Positions 31,391 to 43,842 of a DNA stretch of 64,000 nucleotides are shown here, piece by piece (within the stretch, counting starts at the first letter, position 1; every line of letters begins with the position of its first letter). Under the pieces are notes generated by a model, which ran no database searches, was not told where the DNA came from, and was given only the letters and a program-made list of their open reading frames with translations. The stretch covers positions 30,814,001 through 30,878,000 of the forward strand of contig NC_088858.1 in assembly GCF_963853765.1 (NCBI RefSeq). The letters are read 5' to 3'. A program made the translations under genes and the position numbers. This stretch comes from Magallana gigas (Eukaryota).

Positions 31391-31607
31391 GGGGAAACTT
31401 TTGTGATCTAGAGGGGGTTTCCGCCCGTTTTTTGGGAATCACTTCTCGTACCCTCTCGTAAACGTAAGGTAAACTTACACAGGAAGTGACCCCCTAATCA
31501 TTTTCGTCCCTGGCTTCCTCATTCGATAGTGACCTACAACCGGTGTCAAGAGAACAGATCGTAAATTAAAAACAACAACTTTCCTGTTCGGAACGTCTCT
31601 ATATAAA
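31391..31607 (+). promoter_or_regulatory. IL-17 inducible-type promoter (kB-like sites, ETS, TATA)
   Basis: GGGGGTTTCC at 31413-31422 fits GGGRNNYYCC. Imperfect kB-like sites are GGGGAAACTT (31391) and GGGAATCACT (31434). CAGGAAGT lies at 31480-31487 and TATATAAA at 31600-31607, about 45 nt before the ATG. Confidence 0.65.
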
Positions 31608-31650
31608 TAAGGTATACCATTTGATATTCTATCAGACATTTATTTCCTCA

Positions 31651-33282
31651 ATGAAAGGAATGGTTCCTGATATTCAAAGGCTTTTGGTAAGGCGGATTTT
31701 TTTAAAACATAGGAAATAATGACTTGGTTAAATTGTCTTTTAAAAATTATTTACAGAGATACCAGTTGACGGATATCTAATTCATTTTAAAATAATCCCG
31801 TAATAAATGTTCAGTATATAAAAAATATGATTGAAAAGTCGTTGTTTTAACGAATATATATTTTAATAAGAAACACAATGCAAAACTTCACACGATTTTT
31901 TTGAAATTTTTAATAATTGAAATTGATAAAAAAAAAATTGTGCCTCGAAATCATTGAAGGATACCGGTATTGCAATTATTAATAATCAATCAATGATATG
32001 CCTGAATTTGATTCAGGCAGCGAAAAATTAAATGAATCACACATTCCAGCAATTGAAGAATGAATTTTGTTATAATGTGCAAAAAGATAAAATTTACAAT
32101 TGGTATATGTAATAATTCAATTCATGAAGTAAAACGACTCTTCATTTGTTTGCATTAAGAGGGTTAGATTGTCAAGGCCTTTTAGACGGTATGAATCTCC
32201 TTCAGTTAAAGAGCTTGGTGTTTATTTTTTTCTTCAAAATTTCAAAGCTTTTATAAAATATTTTTCTTTACTAAATAATAACGTGATAAAATCATAAGTC
32301 ATATAATTTTAATGCCTTCAGAATAGGGACGGTGCAAGCATTTTAAAACTATAAATGTTTTAGTGTAATCATGATTCATTTTTTTTAGAGCAATAAAATA
32401 AAATCCAGGTAGAGTTTAGAATATTAAGAGATGTAATTTGAACTGGGATATCTTTTTATTTGTTGCAAAAAATCTAATTCATTATTTCTGGTAAGATACA
32501 CTACCCTTTTAAATCCATATAATTTTTTAAAAGTTTCATAATAGCTAGTATTTTCACAATTAAGACAAACTCAATCAAAGTGTAAAATTTTATGGCAACA
32601 TTTTTACAGTCTTTTTTTTTTAATTCAAAGGTCACCAAATTTAAAAGTAGGACACTAATCTACTTTTTAAAAAGTGAAAAATATAATTACTATCGAAATT
32701 CTGTAACATACAATGGTTGATTTATCATGATAATCGTCAGTGATTTTTTTTTCAATTTAAGTTATTAACCTTTATAATATTGGAACCACGAGTATAATAC
32801 AAAAATATGATTAAGCGAAATGAAATAATAAACGCATCTTTGACTTTGTTTTTCAGATAGGCATGTTGATGCTGCTACCTCTACCCACACGCGGCCGCTC
32901 CATCCCCCAACACTTCAACCCGGCGGCGGAATGGTTTTTTCTGCAAGCGATAGGTACCCCCCATCAGTGTCGTGCAGACTTTGTGCCCGCCCTTCAATGC
33001 CCTGCCTCCCCTCTCGAACACTCGCCATTTGACGATAATGAATTCCTGGGAAAGCGCTCAACTTGTCCCTGGGTTATGTGTAGAGATTCGAACTCGCATC
33101 GTCAACCACGTGATATATATTATGCTAAGTGTTTATGTACAGGTTGTAAAGGACAGTCGGGTGAATACTCTTGTCAACCTATTTATACGGTTGTGACGGT
33201 TTCCAGGGTAACGAGTCGAGGTATCCATGACGACGATATTCTCCGGGTTCCTCTTGGATGTACCTGTGCAAAAAACAGATAG
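31651..33282 (+). CDS. IL17: Interleukin-17 family cytokine (153 aa, 2 exons)
   Basis: Exon 1 is 31651-31686 (MKGMVPDIQRLL|gtaagg, phase 0) and exon 2 is 32857-33282. The signal peptide is followed by the cystine-knot signature RSTCPW...D.N..RQP..IYYAKCLCTGC...CQPI...VPLGCTC. The specific paralogue number cannot be assigned. Confidence 0.92.
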
Positions 33283-33752
33283 CGGATTTCAGATTGGTTG
33301 ATTGGAGAACCTTTTTCTGTGTACAGTATCAAATGTTTGCAATAGAATTTGAATCGAATTCTTGTACTTAATCTTGTACTGCCCTTTACATGCGAGTTAC
33401 TATTTTACACAAACAATTCTATACAGTCTAGTCTCATTTGTAAAATAATGGCAATTTTGATAAAAGTTGTAAAAACCAAAGCTTCATATTTTTCATAGTT
33501 AAATTAATACATGTAGCTGCGGAACTGTAGTTCTGAGGGAAGTTTAGTTTGACAGATGGTCTGTCAATCGTACTTTTCCATAGAGCAACAGTCTAGTTCT
33601 GCAGCTGATTAATCATGTGTATATCAATCACGTTCTGATAGATATTCGCCAACATTGTATTCATTCATTCTAATTATATCGATTCGTTCGTTCGTGTGTT
33701 GTTATATGTTGTTTGAATAGTTTGTGCTATACCCAATACCCGACGCGACTTA

Positions 33753-35152
33753 CTCTAAAACCTGATCTGGCCTGGTCTGGCCTCAAAATTGGCTTGGCCT
33801 CACTTTTGGCTTCAGTTTTGGCATGGCACCAAATTTTGGCCTGGTCTCAAATTTTGGCCTGGCTCCAGGTTTGGCCTCTTCAAACATTTTTGGCCTCAAA
33901 TTCTAAGATTTCTCTATTTCTCATTTTTTAAGTTTTTCATTGAATTTTTACTGATTTCTCTTAGAAATTTTTAAATATTTTAAGGATAATCACATGGCAA
34001 AAAAATTAATTACAAATGACCTGACTGATAAAGTTTCAATTGATTTAATCCATGTTCTTCACACATATATACATAATACAATAAATACCTATTATGACGT
34101 GCATGTACAGCACTGTTCTTCCTATTCCCGAGGAATGAATTATGCTTAAGCGAACAACTATAATAGTCGCCATCTCCCCATCCCCCAATTCAAAAAGTAC
34201 AAGAACCGTTATTAGAATAATTAAGTAAAACATCATTTTAAGAGACTGACCTGAGTGAAGGATAAAAAAAAATCTGAAATATTTATAAACTGGTACATGT
34301 ATATAACATCAAAATTCTATTCCTGTGTAACGCAATTTAAAATTGCCAGTTATCAGAATTACATGTCAACACCGATCAAGCCCTCTCCAGCAGAAATTCA
34401 AAAATTCGATATCAGCCTCTTTCGTAGCTAATCTACAGATTTGGGGTCAGGTTCATCGTTTAACACGTCACACGGTCTAATTTAATGAATGGCATTTTAT
34501 TCAGCAATGGTCATTAATCATCACCTCCTGAGAAGAGTAGAATTTTATGCATTTGTAAATTTAGGAATTAATTTTTCACCTGTGAGGAATTTTCATCACC
34601 AGAATTTGAACAAAGCCAAACATTATGTGACCTTAGATGTTGGTTAGAATAAACAAACATTGGTCTCTTCAATGAAAAGTTACAATGATATTGTCCAGTC
34701 CTGAGAGCAATTTGATTTTAATACATTGAAAAAAAACACGCCATGGTTATACATTGGCAAGGCAAAATCACATTCTTACGTTCTTTAGAATTTAAAACAG
34801 ACTGAATCAAAATCAATTAGAATCGATCACTCATACATGTAGTAATGAATAATCATTGTTAGTACTATTTTTTGAAATGTACATTGTAGCTATCATTTTC
34901 AATGGACCATCACTTTATGACACTTAAACCATCAAGTGGGATGTTCACTGTGTATTGAAAATAAATCACTGAAAAATCAATGAAATCATCAAATCAAGAA
35001 GAGATAAAAATGAATTTGCGGCCAAATATTTTGTAGAGGCCAAATTTGAGACCAGGCCAAAATTTGGGGCCAAGCCAATTCTGAGGCCAAAAGACAGTCC
35101 AGGTCAACTTTGAGGCCAGGTCAGGCCAATGGGGCGAATCCAGGTTTTAGAG
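33753..35152. mobile_element. 1.4-kb non-autonomous TIR element with TA TSD and GGCC-rich subterminal repeat arrays
   Basis: TA|CTCTAAAACCTG ... CAGGTTTTAGAG|TA; about 150 bp of TTTGGCC(T)-type units at each end in inverted orientation. Confidence 0.8.
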
Positions 35153-36335
35153 TATGCCTATCCGTCGCAGCAGGGCATTGTTTTACAAAGTAACTTCCGG
35201 TCAAATTATCAAGTATGTCAAGTATTGTTAAACCGTCTACTTCAATTTCAAAAAACGAGCGATTGGTTTATAAATATATGCCTTATTTTTCAGAGTGGAT
35301 GGTTGGGGTGGGGGGGGGGGGGGGGTAGGGAAAGGTGGCAGAAATCATTCAATTTTTCTGTGAAACAAATACAGGTACAAACACCCTTTTCCCTCGAAAA
35401 CGGTTCCCGATTGGACAAGAATTTTACTTTTTTGAACCAATCGATAATACAGTGTACTTCAATATAATTTGATAAGAGAAAAGATCAATAAAACTAGAAC
35501 AAAGCAAACAAGTTTATATACTTACAGGTATGTATTTTGCATTTGTACTTGGCTAGAACCACTGTTAGCTTTGAGGTATTTGCATTTATGAGACGTCTTT
35601 TAAAATATAAACCGAGAAAAATGACCCTATCAGCATTGAGCAATAAGATTTCGTAACATAGATTTTTTTTAAAAATTGCTTCCGTTTGCATCAAAGTCAA
35701 TAAAAGAAGTGTGTACACGATTTATGACCATATTCTTGGTATTAATAATTTTTTTTTGAAATTATGTAAATTATATAATGTCTGGATTCTACGAAATGGC
35801 TTTCTGTTTTTTTAGTCTCAAAACTTTCACTTTGATTTGACCTATATGACCGGTTGGTATATATATTAACCTTTCTACCCAGGTATATAGATAGTGAATT
35901 ATCGTTTAAGTCAACTGTATTCAACGAACTTATGAACTTGATATGTACTTGAATATTTCATAACAGGATCTATTTAAATCATGTTTATAATATACAGGAA
36001 ATATATACATTGGTAATATATAGGACAAAGGAAAAAAAAGTTACATAATCAAAATCGTATATTCGTTTATCTTTGCTTAAGAAATTTCATAAGGTCAGGT
36101 TACATGTACTATTACAAAACGACTGCATTGTATTTGACCTAATTTTTCTGTACTGGCGATGTACATGTACAACCTATTTACACAGTAAGAGTCAGCCACA
36201 CATCAAACAGAAGATGTGACTATTTTAAGATAAAAGCATCACTGTTCACCAACAGAGTGTAATTTAAGGAGGATGAACGGACAGTCAACAGATTATCCGT
36301 CAGATCTACCTTAAATTTTTGATATGGTGTTTTAA

Positions 36336-37015
36336 AGGGGGCGTGGTCGCGGTTTTGGTAAAAAAAAAAATCGTTTTTTTTAAAATTGTTTATAATGCTG
36401 AAGAAATGCATTTTTAATGGTCAACTTTAATTAGAGTGTCAGTCACAGAGATATGAGCAAGAAACAGGGCCCACAATTTTTAATATGGTGTTTAAAGGGG
36501 GCGTGGTCGCGGTTTTGGTAAAAAAAAAAGTTTTTTTTATATTGTTTATAATGCTGAAGAAATGCATTTTTAATGGTCAACTTTAATTAGAGTGTCAGTC
36601 GGAGAGCTATGAGCAAGAAACAGGGCTCACAATTTTTATTTTTATGTAAAGAAGACAGGTGTCCTGTTTTTGTTTAATATATTGGTTCAATATACCGGTG
36701 AATTAAAGTTCTTTTTCAATTTAAGCTGATTTCTCTCTGTTCTAATTCGTTTTAAGCATAAATAAATAGTTCCTAGCGTTTGCCACATTCGCTTTGGGTT
36801 TGAAACTGGAATTTTCCACCTTAACACTCAAAAAGTAAACAAAGACATTGCATAGCTTTGAATACATGACAAAAATTGTGAGCTCTGTATCTCGCTTATA
36901 ACTTGGCGACTGATACTCAAATTTTGCATGGTCGACTATTAGAAATGGTAACTTAAGTATTGTAAACATTAAAAACTGAAAAATAATTTTTGACCAAAAT
37001 CTTGACCATGCCCGT
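36336..37015. mobile_element. TTAA-flanked Kolobok-like non-autonomous element with a 160-bp tandem duplication of its 5' end
   Basis: TTAA|AGGGGGCGTGGTCGCGGTTTTGG at 36336 and again at 36496; 3' end CCAAAATCTTGACCATGCCCGT|TTAA at 37015-37019. Confidence 0.7.
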
Positions 37016-39782
37016 TTAAGCTAAAATCATTATTGCAATTAAAGTAGAGAAAAAGTATTGACTGATTTTTTAAAGCTGTTAAATTATTATTAAGTTGAGC
37101 AAAATTATGAATTTCTCTTATCTTTATAAATATCTCTTTTTTTATGGAGATCAATACCGTCTTAAAATAAATACGCTCATGGAGCCCTCTTAATATTAAA
37201 CTCATCGCAAACCAGAAAAATCTCTTATGGTCAAATGTTTGTGAACATCTATAAATATTGATGTGTTAAACGTTTGTGTACTTTTGTCACTTTGTTTTCA
37301 AAACGTAATATTTATTAGTTTTTCACTTAATTGTATACATGTATACTATATGCTTTTGCAAATAGACCTAGATGTACGATGTATGTATTTTGCATGTGTA
37401 TCTTCTAAAAATAAATCAATATCGAACTTGCAAGGTTGGAAACTAAAAAAAACAAAAACAAACTAGTATAGGGCGTTTCCTTTATCTAAGAAAACAAGAC
37501 AATTAATAGATTTAACACACTTACTGTATTCTCAAAGAATTAAACATTAAAACTGTGAAATGTGAATAATAATCGAATTCATTATGTGTTGGTCGTTCAG
37601 ATGTTACTATCCTAACTTAAAGATCAAAGTTGAATTGATCAACTGAAAAATACAAACACTCGGTGGCACTAAAATAATTATTAATGAATGTTTTAAAAAT
37701 TACAGGCGGACTTAATCGATTGAGTAAACAAAGGGTTCAATAACTATTAGAAACTCCAACTAACTGCAATAAACACTCATTTTCGTGGTTATTCCCCATC
37801 CAACAACGGTATATTTATTTGTCCTATCTTTGACGAGGATATGTCCGAACTAGCTAGGCACTCTGATTGGCTTACAATGGTCATGGTTAAATCGTTTAAA
37901 TCTTGTAACCTGCGAACGCCATGCTGCTGAGATTAAATAGGAATCGCATCTAGTCTTAATTAATCTTTAAGAAAACGCGATAAAATCATCGGTAGTTTGG
38001 GTAAAATCCCCTTTAATTTATAAATAGTATATGTCAAGCAGGGTTAGCCATGTTGTTTGACCGATATTGGTCACTAGGAGGATCGTCACGTGTATCTTGA
38101 CGATGCTGTTGCGACGAAAATTATTTTTGGGTAAAAAATTCTTGTAATCTACTTTAGAAAGTACGATCAAGTCATCTCGCAATCGGGTACGTGATATAAC
38201 CCGAGCACTAAATGGTCATATTACTAATGATGTTCAAGAGGAAAAAAATGTGAACTCTTCACCAATTTTGTAATTAATTCCTGCTGAAGGTCTTAGGAAT
38301 ACATATTAATTCGTAATATTTTGATGAGCAAATAATGACATGCTGATATTTGCATAATTATTTCCATTGGGATGGGATGATGACATCAATACAATTAGTC
38401 TGAAGGACGCTTCATTTAGGTCGGTCGATGAGTGAAGCATGTGGAAGAAGTGTGTCACTAGATATAACAGTATTATAAATCAAGAATGTATCAACTTTTC
38501 AGACAAACAGAGCCACACAAAGAGATAAAATCAAGTTTACGTTCTGCAAAAAAGTTATAAAAGGGTTGATCCAAAAGTAATGTCACACTATGCACCGCGT
38601 TTCTCAATGACGCGCTATTGTATAAAATGATACATCAAAATTTTACTCAACAAAATTTAAAATCAAATTAAATTTTTTGTTAAATTTCGTTGAACACTTC
38701 ACAAGATATTGATGTTTATAGCATGATATATACGTGACATCGCCGCGTCATGAATTTACATGTTTTTTAAGGTTTGTATATATGAATAAATTACATGCTT
38801 CAAAATTTGAAAATGCCCCAAACAACACAATATTTTAAAACATATATATTATTAACTTTTTCTAACTGTTTTGAAAAATTAGGGACCGTTTCTGTCCATT
38901 TCGGATATCTACCCAATGCCTTTTGTCTTTAGATCAAGGGATGAAAAGGCTGGGCATGCGAACAGTGATACAATGCATTTTTGCCTCGATGGATAGAAAT
39001 ATTATTACTAGAAAATGTACTGAGATTGTTATATCAACATAATATTGAGAGTGGGTGAACAGGGTACCTTAAACGTGGTTCCAATACCTAATAAAAGCAA
39101 ATGTCATGTTGATAAATAAATAAGATAGATGGAAGACATACGCTCTGAAAGAAAATTAAAGCTGGGTTTTTACGTCAAAGGCTAAATCATAAAGCTACGT
39201 TCATGACTTCTTGAAGAGACCTCGACAAACTGATCGCACATTAAATAATCTTATATACTACTTCATCGATTACAAAAAGATTTATTAGTTACTTCATTAC
39301 AAAAAGATTAATATGTTACTTTATGAAAAAATTGATTCAAAAAAATGTGAACTAGAGCATTGTGGCGAATTTATATATAGTACTAAATTACAAAATTCTA
39401 CCAGAACGCCAAAGATCTAGAAATGACGTCGCTAGCGTGCGACGACTATCGTTACCTCATGCTCTACAAAATATATTATCTTCAGAAATAATTATCACAA
39501 TGCATTAAAATTTTCAGGTCTGAATTAGTTAGATATCTTAAAGCACTAATGAGTTTTTGTCACTTTACGCGGATTTTCACGATTTTATAGCATCTGTGAC
39601 ATTACTTTTGGTTCAACCCTCGTATATGCCTCTGAGGAGTCAATATTTGTTCCGCATAGCATAGGAAAGGACGCATTGCAATTTAAGCAGTTTCAATTAC
39701 TAGCTTTTCGGTCAGTGTTTCACACTAGCGAAATACATTATAAAGGTTGGTAATTTTCTGTTGCAGTGAATTAAAAAATATT

Positions 39783-41009
39783 ATGATGGCGGCCTGTCTT
39801 TTACTGTTACTCTGTGACTTTGTCTCCGCACAAACAGGAAAGGATGTCAGCAACCTGTACGACTATTTATTTTCCACGCTGAATTACAACAAAGAAATTC
39901 GGCCTGCCATTTACCAAAATATATCTTCTCAAGTAGAGGTGGATCTTTTATTAAGCGGACTTCATGACATTGACGAAACCCGCCAACAAATGACCTCAGT
40001 CGGTGTCTTAACTGTGAGGTGGAAGGACGAATTCTTGACCTGGAACCCCTCCTCGTTCGGAGGAGCAAATTTCATTGACGTTCCACAGGGAAAGATTTGG
40101 AAACCGGATCTGCAGGTCCGCAACGGGTTTGTAGATTTTTCTCAGTTGGGTGGCGATTTCATGTTTTTAAAAATATACCACACAGGAGAGGTGGTTTGGT
40201 TTTTGCACAAAGTGTTTCATACCAAATGTAAGATGAACGTTACATTTTTCCCGTTCGACCGACAAAACTGCTCTCTTCAGATTATTTCCTGGAGCAACGA
40301 TGTTTCGAGTGTCAATATAACGGGAGGCGGGGACGGGTTCCGAATTGATGCCGATCTCCATCATGGCCATTGGAAGATATCCACTTATTCTTTCAGTACG
40401 TTCATGGATTTGAATGACTCTGTAATATCGTTCAGCATCACACTGGACAGAAAACCCAAAATTTACATTCTGAACATCCTTATCCCGGTATGTTTTCTGG
40501 TGGTGCTAAGTCTTCTGACATTTTTGTTACCAAATGACTGTGGCGAAAAGGTGTCCTATTCGATCACAGTGCTGCTGTCAATGTCCATCTTCCTAACTGT
40601 TGTGGCCAGTATGCTCCCAACCAATTCAGATTCTATTTCGTACCTTGAAATCTACATTATTGCAGTGTTATCCGTGGGGGTGCTGATTATAGTTCTCTCA
40701 ACTGCTTCACTGCGACTTCACTACAGAACAGAAAAGAGAAAGATTCCAGATTGGGTCCAGCGATTGACGAGGTTATCTTGGACACTGCGATGCCAACGTA
40801 TAGATGGATACAATGCTCAATACAATTACAGAACAAAAACAAAAGAACATTTTGATGATAAACAAGAGCGTAAAGAACCACGGAAATCAGACATAGTAGT
40901 CCGTTGGACTGACGTCACTTCCGCTCTAGATTTTTATATGTTTTGGTTGTTTCTTACAGCGATCACTGCTCTTTCGCTTGCTGTCACATGGCTATACTTT
41001 TCGCAGTAG
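39783..41009 (+). CDS. Intronless Cys-loop ligand-gated ion channel subunit (nAChR-like, non-alpha type), 408 aa
   Basis: Single ORF from ATG 39783 with a signal peptide, WKD..L.W, WKPD, Cys-loop CKMNVTFFPFDRQNC, four TM segments and M2 GEKVSYSITVLLS. No vicinal CC. TATAAA at 39740. Confidence 0.93.
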   Translation: MMAACLLLLLCDFVSAQTGKDVSNLYDYLFSTLNYNKEIRPAIYQNISSQVEVDLLLSGLHDIDETRQQMTSVGVLTVRWKDEFLTWNPSSFGGANFIDVPQGKIWKPDLQVRNGFVDFSQLGGDFMFLKIYHTGEVVWFLHKVFHTKCKMNVTFFPFDRQNCSLQIISWSNDVSSVNITGGGDGFRIDADLHHGHWKISTYSFSTFMDLNDSVISFSITLDRKPKIYILNILIPVCFLVVLSLLTFLLPNDCGEKVSYSITVLLSMSIFLTVVASMLPTNSDSISYLEIYIIAVLSVGVLIIVLSTASLRLHYRTEKRKIPDWVQRLTRLSWTLRCQRIDGYNAQYNYRTKTKEHFDDKQERKEPRKSDIVVRWTDVTSALDFYMFWLFLTAITALSLAVTWLYFSQ

Positions 41010-41846
41010 ATAATGATTAATAAAAGGAATATAGATAGAAAAGAATGAAATAAAAATTCAGTTACTGAATAAAAATTAGGCTGAAGGAGTTCGCGAACTG
41101 TTTGGTGCGTGGTTTAGAATTTGCATGTTCCACCGTTACCGTATGTTACAAATTCGAGGAAGATATTACAGTCATACCATATACAGAATAAATATTGAGT
41201 AGATCGGGTTCAGTAAACTCGAATGAATGTCCTAAAATACAAATAAATTTTCACGTGTCATTTGACTAGCAAACCAGTCAGCAACTTTCAAAAAAATTTC
41301 AGGAGAGGTAAAAAATGGAATTTATTCGAATAATCTACATCTTTAATTTTCATGAAATGATCCCTTATATTTTTCTATCAGAGGTCATATAAAATTCGTC
41401 GACGATAAATCAATAATACACTGAGGAATATTAAATATTAAATACATAGAGCCTTTGCCTATTTCAGCATGCGGCGAGGAATACTTATTGCAAAGATGGA
41501 AATCTTTAGTCAACAGTATTAAATACTAACTAATTCCATGACAAGAATTGCTGCAACGATATCATTAATTCTAAAAACTTTGGAATCTCAAAAAGAATCA
41601 TTTACAATGACTCACGACTTTTGCTAGAGGTACAAACTATTTCAATTTCTTCTTCTATGCGTTTTTAATGAAAAATACTGAAAAATGAGATCACCAAGCG
41701 AACTGCACAGAACTGCTCACTTTTATCAATTTTTGTAGGTTTCCGGAAAGCTTAATTTTCAAAGAAATAAATAGCTCAGATTCGGCTTTCAAGTCTGTTT
41801 AGACTTTAAGCAAGAACGTTATCTAGATGCACATATACTTCATAGA

Positions 41847-42098
41847 TAGAACTATTTTAACAAGACCTTGGACTTGCGAAGGACGTAGCTATCTGTTTCT
41901 TGAGTCAAAACAAGTTAAAAATGACGCGGTTTCAAGCGAAATTTGCACCGATTGCACAGTCTTAGCTAAAAAGCTAGACAAATCTTGTTGATTTCAGAGA
42001 GCTATGGCTAAGTGGCTGACAATGAAATAAACAGGCCTATGTTACATTGCTGTTTAACACTACTACCCAAAGTCCAAGCTCTTATCAAAATGGTTCTA
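41847..42098. mobile_element. About 250-bp MITE (TAGAACCATTTTAACAAG-type TIR), copy 1
   Basis: TIR at both ends; whole-length similarity to 43583-43842 in the opposite orientation. Confidence 0.75.
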
Positions 42099-43582
42099 TA
42101 TGTATTGTACATTTGTACATGTAAATACCTCATTTTCATTAATTTTTTGAAGAAAAAAATCTTGAGATACAATAATAGTTCTCTCTTGCGATGGACATAC
42201 ATACACGTTGATTAAAGTTTTTATTACGCCACTGATTTCAAGCTCATGACATGGTCTTACAAGTCGCAACGACTTGAAACAAAAAATTTTTTCTCCATAA
42301 GAACTTCGAATTTCCATATATACCATTTAAATTTCTTGCTTGTTATTGTTTGAGAACAATGTTTTCGCAAAGGACCGCTAGAACAAAAGGCAAGTACTAT
42401 ATAGTAAGCTGTACTTTGTGCTGTGCTCACATTTTTTCTTTTGCGCAAAATAATGAAAGGAGGTTTTTAAAAAAATAAACAAGACCCTGTTGTTTGGTTT
42501 TAAGGTTAAAAGCTCAACATTACTCATCAGGTATAATTGATCGTCTGCTCAAAATACTTATTATATATTATAGATAGACATGATGGTTATTCAAAACTAA
42601 TGAACTTTTATCGATTTATTGGGTTACGTCAGCTACTAAATGTTCGTAAGCTACTTTCAAAGAATGATGAATAATCGCTTTAACAAACTTCTTACAAATA
42701 TAGTACATGTATTTATATCAATATGTCCGTATTCATTTTTGAATTAATTGTCTCATTCTGGATGACATGCATGTACGATATATTTCACCAGTATATCATA
42801 AGTTACTAGCATTCATTGATATAAAGTAGAGAACAAACAACAGCGGGTGGCGATTCACTATGAATTACCTCCGAGAAGAGAGTGACAGATGTAAATTTTT
42901 AAGCAAATCAACTGATTAAGTAGAGCAAGCAATCAATATAGCCACATCACACGGAGTAGTATTCTTGTTGAATGCTGAAAAAGGGGCCATAACTTTTTTA
43001 TATGCTTTAAAGCAAGGTTGAAATATGAATTTTTTAAGAAATTAAAAAACAAATTGTTTATGAGCTATCATATTCTGTTCAAATTAAGATTAAAAAACAA
43101 CCAGAATTTGATGTGTAAATTATACCAACATTTCGTACAATTGCTATGTAAAAAAGCGAAAGTTGTAATTGATTTTTGAAATTATTTTTGTTCTTAGATA
43201 CATTGTATTTTGAATATACAACCAGCATTCTATTTGAATATATTTTGAATTTTGAATCAGAATTCTACACAAAATAACAGTTACTATTTTTAAAATACAA
43301 GACTTGTATATAAACTTTGCTAGAAATATGTTGAGGTATGGTGTCTTTCTTGAATTTAGTGCAATAAATGCTTATTAAATGTCCTGATCAGTAAAAAAAA
43401 AAAACTAGATAAGAAAAAGTAAACCTATAAAAACCTTAGAGATTAGCCATCAATAAACAAATGTAAACTTTATTATCTATTAGGTTGAAAATAAAAAAAC
43501 CGATTCAACATGAAAATAGAAAATATGTTTTTAAGTAAATACTTCTGATACGACCATAAAGCTATTATCACTTCTCTATAAT

Positions 43583-43842
43583 TAGGACCATTTTAACAAG
43601 AGCTTGGACTTTGGGTAGTTTAAAAGGTGTCTAACAGCAATGTAACGTAGGCCTGTCTATATCATTGCTAGCCACTCAGCCATGGCTCTTTGAAATCAAC
43701 AAGATTCGTATGGCTTTTGAGCTAAGACTACACAATTGGTGTATATTTCACTTGAAACCAGCGTCATTTTTAGCTTGTTTTGACGCAAGGAATAGATAGT
43801 TACGTCTTACTGAAAGTCCATGGCCTTGTTAAAATGGTTCTA
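43583..43842. mobile_element. About 260-bp MITE, copy 2 (inverted relative to copy 1)
   Basis: The reverse complement aligns end to end with 41847-42098. Confidence 0.75.

Noticed and set aside
33713-33974. ORFs with LAW/WP repeats
   Set aside because: They are translations of the GGCC subterminal array of a non-autonomous transposon.
38376-38462. Possible C/D-box snoRNA (GATGATGA...CTGA...GATGAGTGA)
   Set aside because: No terminal CTGA D box or terminal stem, and no host intron identified.
39747-39782. N-terminal extensions of the two channel ORFs (39747 and 47069 starts)
   Set aside because: They are TTG starts. The signal peptides begin at ATG 39783 and 47171 (or 47201).
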